A stretch of 63,636 bases of DNA, filler included, from Reclinomonas americana ATCC 50394 (taxonomy: Eukaryota), in the NCBI GenBank assembly GCA_048213135.1. It is 8 parts of 5 records of this genome, joined end to end, with 100 filler letters (N's around TTAATTAATTAA, not from the genome) between each part and the next. Parts side by side here need not be neighbours in the genome. Positions count along the whole stretch, not along the records: positions 37,666 to 60,828 come from PS015375.1; positions 60,929 to 63,636 come from PS015387.1; 6 more parts are not named here. One strand, 5' to 3'. The first letter of the stretch is position 1, and each line of letters begins with the position of its first letter. A program made the position numbers and the translations under genes. Below, piece by piece: positions 56,078-63,636 of this stretch. The notes under the pieces were generated by a model. It made no database searches and was not told the DNA's origin. It worked only from the letters and a program-made list of their open reading frames with translations.

Positions 56078-57284
56078 ATGGCGCACGTGGGAACACTCAA
56101 CGGTCTGTGTGTGTGCTTGTCTGTCTTGCACCTGTCGCTCACACTTTGTGCACAGTGGTGGTTGTGGGCGATGGCGCAGTCGGTAAGTGCGCTCTCTCTC
56201 TCTCTCTCCGACAGTGTTCTGTTGCACTCCACTCAACACTGTACATGTGTGCAGGCAAGACGTGCTTGCTGGTGCGCGCCTCCAGTGGCCACTTTCCTGT
56301 AGATACAGTGCCGACGACTGTCGAGTTGCGTGTGCACTCTGACTCCTTTCTCATCACAACCCACTCTCTCATTGTGTTGTGCAGTCAGTACGAGTCGGCT
56401 GTGCACGTCGGTGACCGCAGCATCAACCTTGTGTTGTGGGACACTGCAGGTGCGAGCTTTCTCTCCTTCTCCCTGTCTCTCGCCCTCCCGACTGACACAC
56501 ACGATGCAGGGCAAGAGAACCTCGATCAATTGCGGTCAGTGTTCTGTCCGCATCTCACTCACTCCATCGCCGTTTTTGTTGTCTGATGTGTGCGCGATGG
56601 GTGGCGCAGGCTGATCGCGTTACGTACGGCCAATGTGGTACTGGTGTGCTTCTCCGTGGACAGCGAGAGATCGCTGGAGAACGTCGAACACTTGGTAAGT
56701 TGTCGCGAGCGTGCGCGCGTAGATCGTGACCTTGCTTGATATTCATCGGTGGGTGCAGTGGATGCCTGAAGTGCGCGCTAGCTGCCCGGGGAACGCAACG
56801 ATTGTGTTGGTTGGCACCAAGGTGAAGCGGACGACTTTGTGTTCATCAGTGTCGTGCAGACTAGTGTCTGTCTGGTGGTCGTGTTTGTCGTGTTTCTTTT
56901 GCCTGTGCTGACTCTGGTGTGACCCGCAGGCTGATATGCGAGTGCCGTCCGTCAACTCGTCGGCACGTCCGCTGGTGACTGCGGCGGCGGCACATAAGAC
57001 GGCACGAGATGTTGGCGCGGTGCGTGGCTCGTGACCCGACTTCAGTCGTGTTCGTCTCTGACACCACCACGCAGATCACCTATGTGGAATGCTCGGCACT
57101 GTCCGGTCTGCGCGTCAACGAACCCATTCTCTATGGTGTCATGGCACACATTGGAGTACGTGAGGGCATACCACCCATTCCACAGCCAGAGCGGCTGGCG
57201 GCTCCCAGCGGCGCAAGCGGCAGCGGTGGTGCTGGTGCTGGTGGTGGTAGCAGCGGTGGAAACTGCAAGTGCACGATCTTGTGA
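56078..57284 (+). CDS. Rho/Rac-family small GTPase (divergent)
   Basis: VVVGDGAVGKTCLL, LWDTAGQE, LVGTK|AD, YVECSAL and C-terminal CAAX box CTIL*. Confidence 0.92.
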
Positions 57285-57341
57285 GATCCTCGTACGTGAA
57301 TTTAAGTTGGTACGTGTAGTTGCGCGAATCAGTCCCTCCAT

Positions 57342-60300
57342 TTACTTGCGCTCTCGAGCGGCCTTGGCGGCCTTGTCGAGCTTGGCTTGACGCTCCTCCT
57401 CTTGCTTCTGTTCGTACGCCAGCCGATCGTAGTCGTACTTTTCGCCTTTCCACATGTCGCCCATGAACATTGGTTGACCTGCGATGTGCGAAAAAACAGT
57501 GAGCATCATAAGGGACGGGAAGGAGCGACAGGCGGCGCAACTCTTGGCCTTGTCGGCGTACTTGAGCAACGCCTCGCGTGGATCCTCCTCGCCCATGGTG
57601 TTCTTGACAACGCCACCCATCTTGACGAGATGTTGTGTGAGGGTCGACGACACCAGGCGACCACCGGCACCCTTGTTGCCCTGCGCACGGAGAAAGAGGA
57701 GTCAGACAGAGGATGAGTGGCAAGAATGTCAGTAGGGAACGCAACAAAGACGGGAGCCTCCGGCTTGTGCGACTTGATGGGATCCTGGCGATCCTTGAGC
57801 ATCTGGCGCTTCTTCGACGGCCCAGTCTTGAACATCGGCAGGGCGTGCGGTGTGATAATGTGTCTGTGAACGCATCGCAGTGAGCGATGACGACATTACC
57901 ATGCTTGACCGAGACTGCGTGACGCAACGGAGTGAGCTGCAGGTCGGACGGATCGGCACGGCGCTTGCGCGACTTGATCGACAGCAGGGCGCCCTTGGTG
58001 CTAAACTGCGGGTCGTAGAAGACGTGTGTCTTGCAATCGGAGCAGCCGACAATCAGCTGCGCGTGCATGTTTCGCTGTCAGCAATAGAATGGAGGAGAAG
58101 CCAAGGGAGGGCGGTTACCTGATTGAGGACGGGGTGCCAGCGAATGCGCTGCACAGACGCGTCGGGCACGGCTGCAGATGGAGCGTGCGCGTGAGAGATG
58201 CAGCAGAGATCATCGAGAAGCAAACGCACATACCAATCTTGGCGACAATCTCCATGGTGCTGGTGAGAACAAAGCACAGCTGGCCATTCGGTTGGTCACG
58301 CTCCGACGTGGTGCCTGTGGCTCTCGGTCAGTTCACACAACGAGATGAGCCCCATAGTTTACGTGCGCGCACCAGTGAGAATGAACTTGGAGTCGGGGCT
58401 GAAGACGCAGTCCATGTACGAGAAGCGATTCGGCAAATCCTCGAACTCGTTGGTCGGCTTGCGCAACTGTCTGGCGTCCCACACTGCACAAGGAGTTAGC
58501 AGACGTGCGGCCTGTCAACAACACGAAAAAATTGCAGAACCAACCTCGCAGCGAGTCATCGGTGCCGCGCGAGATGATGGTGCGGCCGTCCTTGGAGAAT
58601 TTGACGCAGCTCACTTCGTGACCGGCTCGGTGATGTCCGCGGGCAATCTGTGTGACGAGCATCACGTCAGCAACCGCTACGCCCTGTCCACGACAGTCAG
58701 ACGCACCGCCGTTGGTCGGTTGTACGGCGCCTTCAGGGCGTACAGCTGAATGGAGCCATCGTTGCAGCCGGTGAGAATCGTGGTTCCGTCCGCGTCAATG
58801 TCAATCGACGTGACTGCTGCGCGCTTGTTCTGTGCATCCTTGTACTTGATCACATGCAGCTGCTTCTCGGTCACCGTGTTGATGTCCCAGATGCTGGGTA
58901 GGGGTGGCATGAGTGAGATAGAAGGGTACATGATCTGCGTGTTCCAAAGCAACTTACCGAACAGTGCCATCAATGGACGAAGTCAGCACGATCGAGCGAT
59001 CCAGCGGATGCCATGCCGTTCCGGTGACCAACGCCACATGGCCACTGCGTATGGCAGTGTCAGGCAAAGAGAAAACAGGAGGCATGAGAAGGGAAGAAGG
59101 GGCGCAACTTCGTCAGGTTCATGTCCGTGATGTACATGTCGCCCTTGATGAACTCAGCGCTGCAACGAGACACTGTGAGCCACGTGCCTCGCAGAGACAA
59201 AAGAACACGATTGATTACGCACAGCTGGTGACCATCGCGATCAAAGAGGCGCGGCCGATTAAAGTCTGGAGCCGCGATAAACATGTCACCGTGGTGGCTG
59301 AACTCGATTTGATTGAACTGCACAAAAAAAGACAGGTGAGGAGAAGAGGAGAGGAGAGATGGTCAACAAGTGCGGAGGTGTACCGAATACGACCCACACG
59401 GCTCGTCGAGGGAGCGGAACGGTGTGTGTTCCGCGTTCAGGCCATTGAAATCGTAGAAATTGAGATTGCAGTCGGTGGAACCGGTCACCACACGCGATCC
59501 ACTCGGCTCCAGCGACAGCGCAGTGATGCCCTGCGACAGCGTGCGGTCTGTGAGAGGTGGTGACGTGATCGAGAAGCTGGCAGACAAGGAGCAGACGCAC
59601 CCTGGTGTGACCACGCAGTTCAATCTCATGTGTGATGGGCAGAGCGTACGGGTTCTCCGCATCCTGCGTGCCAGAGTGAGAATCGCACGTCGAATCGCCA
59701 TATCTCCCTCTCTTCTCCTTCACATAGAAGTACCGTCACACGCTCGGGTCCCGGTGCTCGCCTGCCTGCACCGTCATCGGGGCGCGGCTTTGGCGGTCCC
59801 ATCGCTGCATCGCTGTCATCATCGTCGTCGTCCTCATCATCCGACAACTCCACGCCCATGGCGGCCATCGCAGCCGACATTGCCGTATTGCTGCTGGCAT
59901 AGTAGGGACCGGAGCTGACCGCCACTGCCTCCGGCGCCGGTGCTTCGCCACCCTCATCGTCGTCATCGTCGTCATCGTCGCTCAACTCGACTCCCATGGC
60001 CGCCAGCGCCGCTCGCTCAGCCGCAGCAGCGCTCTCCACCTGCCACTCAACAGCATTCAGCACGCGACGACGACAACAATAATGAGACAGCTTCTTTACC
60101 TTGCTGGGCGGTCGCGGAGGCCCGACCATATCGTCCTCATCCTCGGCGTCGCGACGCCGCGCCTGCGCACTCTGCTGTCCAGCCTCGTGAGCAGCACGCC
60201 ATCGAGAACAACACACACGCGCGCGCGAACCTTGCCCGGCTGCACCGTGGTAACCATCGCCGACTTGCGCACATTGGCAGCATGGCGCGACACATCCCGC

Positions 60301-60673
60301 AAGCCACTCTCCTCCTCGTCCTCGTCGTCGTCACCGCCCCTCCCATTGCCTCGGCCTCGCACTACCACCTCCTCCTCTTCATCCTCATCCTCCTCCTCAT
60401 CACTCTACGCAACAACAAACACCAACATCAATGCATGCATGCAATGAGAGAGAGAGAGAGAGAGACACGCGCACGCACTGCATCTCTCCTCTGCTTCTTG
60501 TTCTTCTTGTTCTTGTTCTTCTTCTTGGTGGGAGAGGGAACGCGACCACGCGATGCACTGCTGCCGAATCCCATTGGCAACATGGCGCGAAGAGCGGCCT
60601 CGTCCCAGTCGCCGCTCTTGTTGGCGCCGGTGGATGCGGAGGTGGAGGAGGTCGAGGTCGACTTGCCGCGCAT
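57342..60673 (-). CDS. WDR70: WD repeat protein 70 (GAD-1-like); many exons
   Basis: AMLPMGFG, LPITHEIELRGHTR, FYDFNGL, EFIKGDMYITDM, SRGTDDSLRVWD, WHPVLNQ, ITPHALPMFK and EEDPREALLKYA. Confidence 0.9.
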
Positions 60674-61152
60674 GCCTGTGTATGTGTGTGTGAGAGTGTG
60701 TGTGTGGGGGGGAGAAGGGAGAGAGAGGGTGACAAGTCGCAACTGGACCCTGCCAGCAGGTTTTTCAGTGATGACTCGGAAGCCTGCAGGCGCGTGTGTG
60801 AGAGAGAGGCAAAGAGTAGTTGCACTAANNNNNNNNNNNNNNNNNNNNNNNNNNNNNNNNNNNNNNNNNNNNTTAATTAATTAANNNNNNNNNNNNNNNN
60901 NNNNNNNNNNNNNNNNNNNNNNNNNNNNTTGATGATACTGTCGTGTGCTGTTGATGATTGTGATGCGCACGAAACTAACTTGGTGGTCGTGTCGCAGAGC
61001 GTGCAAAACGAGAATCGATACAAGTCAGCGCAGCACTTTTGCTACCGACAGGCCGCCGCATCATAGAGACAGTGATGGAGCAGTGAAAAAAGACAAGAAA
61101 ACAATCAAGCAGAATTCTCGCAACATTCATGTTTATTTCTTCCCGCCAGTCG

Positions 61153-63370
61153 CTACGAGCAGTGTCCCTCATCCTGCGGGGCGGAGGGTCTACGCTGGTG
61201 GCTGCCGCTGGCAGGTTCGGCGCGGAACACAACGTTTCGCAAGTGGTCGGCTCGAGGTACGCGCGCCAAGGTGGGTATGTAGCTCTTGCGACGGTACAGC
61301 AATGCCGAGGTGGTCGCCGGTGCGACCGGCGAAGTGACCTGCGGTTTCGGTGGCGACACGGCGTCCGCAGGATTCGCGGGAGGCACACCGCCGCCAGCTG
61401 GTGCCGCCACCGACGCCAGTGGACTCAAAACCACTGCGCCCGTGGTTGCAGCCGTCGAGGACGACAGCGGTGATATGGCGCTCGATGCTGGCGACATGTC
61501 CTCGTCGCTGCGGCCGACTCCGTCGGCTGTTGCCGCCATGGCCGCCGTGGAGAGAAAATCCGGCGCGCCTTTGACGGACTTCATGAGGTTTTCTCGCCGC
61601 AGCTGACTGCGATACTTTTGAAGGTGCGACTTGACGTGCTCGTTGGTGATGCCCTCAATGTCGGCCATCAGCGAGCAAATGGACTTGGGGCCGATCTCTG
61701 TCGACCACGCCCCACGTCAGTCAGTGATTGGCAGGGAGCAGACACACGCGCGCACGCAACTCGACGCCGGCAGCGATTCGTACGCCTGCACAAAGCGGTC
61801 GTGCAGCTCCGGTGTCCACGAGAAGCGATCGCGTCGCCCATCGTTCCTGCTCGGTGTGCTCTTCCTGCGTCTGCGTGGTTGCACCGCAATGTGAGTCGTC
61901 AATCTGGAGAGAACAAGGGAGAGAGAGACACGGAACGATCGCGGAGCGCTGCGGACGGCCACCGATGCTTTCCGTCGCGCGGCCTTGCGCGGAGGTGCGC
62001 GACCCCATTCACCATCGTCGTCATCTTCTTCCTCCTCCACCACCGCATCCACGCCGTCGTCTCGATCGGCATCGCTTCTCCGTCGTCGCCGCCGCCGTTG
62101 CACGGCAGGCGCCTCGTACCCCGAATCACCATCGTCGTCATGGCCAGCCGCCTCCTCCTCCTCCTCCTCCTCGTGCTCCCCATCGCCCTCGTCGTCCACG
62201 TCGTGAATGCTCTGCACTTCCTCCTCCTCCTCCTCCGCCACCTTCTCCGCCTCCTCCTGCACCATCGCCATCACCTCCTCGCGCTGTCCATTGCCACCGT
62301 CCACTTTCCTCCTCGCCTCCTCGTGCACCACTTGCGGCGGCGTCACATACGACGCGATGCCACCGTGTTCATACCGGATCCCTGACGAATGCGCGTCCGC
62401 GGCCAAGGTCAGCGGCGTCGGCTGCTGCATCAGCAGCTGTGCCGGCCACGAAGGCGACGGATGCATTCCCACGGGCTTGTACGACATTTGGGCAGCTCTA
62501 CGCGCGGTGTGAGACACTCGCTCGGAACATCTGACACAGCGCGAGACACGCAACTGTAACTGTGACAGCGGTGTCGTTGTTGTTGTTGTTGTCGTCGTCG
62601 TTGCTGTTGTGGCTATTGATGGTGATGTCATGGGCAGTGGTGGTGGTGGTGGTGCCACCACGGGAGGCAACCACGTCTGTGTGTACTGCATGTGTTGCTG
62701 ATAGGGGTCACACGACAGCGCATAGGCTGATGGCACTGACACAGTGGCAGCTGGATGTGGAGGTGGAGGTGGATGAGGCAGCAGTAGTGGTGGTGGAGCT
62801 GCTGGGGCAGAGGCAGGCGCGGCTGCGTAGTGCATCACGTAGGAAGCCGAAGTGTCCGACTGTGTGTGTGCGTGCATTATGTAAGATTCATATACGTTGT
62901 TTCACGCACACTCGCACGTTCGCGTGTCTGCGTGTGTGGCAGCAAGAGTGGGATGCAGTGTGCGTGTACGCGCGCGCAACTGAGGGCATCGGCAGCGGCA
63001 TCTGCTGCTGCTGTTGTTGTGGTTGTTGCTGTGGGAGACCAAGTGGCAGCATGTGTTGCATGTACAGTGGCAGCGAAAGCTGATTGCCGCCACCGTTGCC
63101 ATCGTGCATGTGATCCAACAGAGGATTCATCGTTGTGAGATCACACAGTGTGTCTCTCTGCTCTCAAGAGGTGTGAGACTTTTTCGACGACGAATGCATA
63201 AGTTCCCGAACAATCGTGTCCGACTGACTGCCGACGTGCGACGTGACTGTGCTTTTTGTTGCTGCTCTCTCCTGGCTGTGCAGGATAACAGTAGTGCAAA
63301 GGGTAGATAACCACAGCTGCGCGGAGGGTATCACGTCGATCGCATTCATGGCGGTCCCACTGTCCTCCAT
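61153..63370 (-). CDS. GARP (G2-like, SHAQKYF-class Myb) transcription factor with a low-complexity N-terminus; start uncertain
   Basis: RDRFSWTPELHDRFVQAY...|IGPKSICSLMADIEGITNEHVKSHLQKYR. Confidence 0.88.
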
Positions 63371-63636
63371 CCATTGTGTCAACAATACAACGAAACTACG
63401 TAAACCTCGGCGCCGATCGCCGCTGACCTCTCCTCAAGGTACGCACTCATTCGACGCAAACACGCTGCAGACGAGAGCGAGCTTCTCCGCAGAGTCGCTT
63501 ATTTGGGTTTGCTCATTCAGTTGTCCATGGAGGGTGACGAGGAGGAGCAGCAGCAGCAGCAGCAACAAGAGCAGGAGCGATCACGAAAGCGCGCTGCTGA
63601 AGTCGACGATGATGATGAAGTTGTGATTGTGGGGAG

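Noticed and set aside
59040..59110. Reading the GTTGCG introns as non-canonical introns shifted by one base (would give the conserved TKGH rather than TNGH in WDR70)
   Set aside because: The shift breaks conserved residues elsewhere (EF-G2 RNIG, GMF IVLK, HIT4 NLY) and loses the AG acceptor, so GT-AG boundaries are more parsimonious.

Overview
Gene-dense, intron-rich nuclear DNA from an unidentified microbial eukaryote. It is GC-rich, most introns are about 60-100 nt, and (GA)n/(GT)n/(GAA)n microsatellites are abundant. The assembly is a fragmented draft: eight segments joined by artificial N-TTAATTAATTAA-N linkers, many N gaps, three mis-oriented blocks and pyrosequencing-like noise at contig ends. 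By splicing manually I could trace about 20 genes: an EF-hand/TLDc protein, a kelch protein, PRP31, EMC6, a Zn2Cys6 factor, a TMEM33/Pom33-like protein, a large GH13-like+GT5 glucan synthase, a TPR protein, a tandem family of unknown function, GMF, RPL32, RAB5IF/OPTI, ATG12, mitochondrial EF-G2, a HIT4-like protein, INO80, a calmodulin-like protein, a Rho GTPase, WDR70 and a GARP factor. All product calls come from remembered motifs, not database searches. The strongest unusual signal is a second major class of 5' splice site. About 30 introns begin GTTGCG, one nucleotide longer than the common GTGCG donor, and none follows an exon-terminal G. This suggests shifted-register donor recognition as a mainstream pathway here. 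Other candidates are a regularly spaced array of six palindromic, UUCG-hairpin-like motifs near the Zn2Cys6 gene and a HIT4 homologue (described from plants) head-to-head with INO80.
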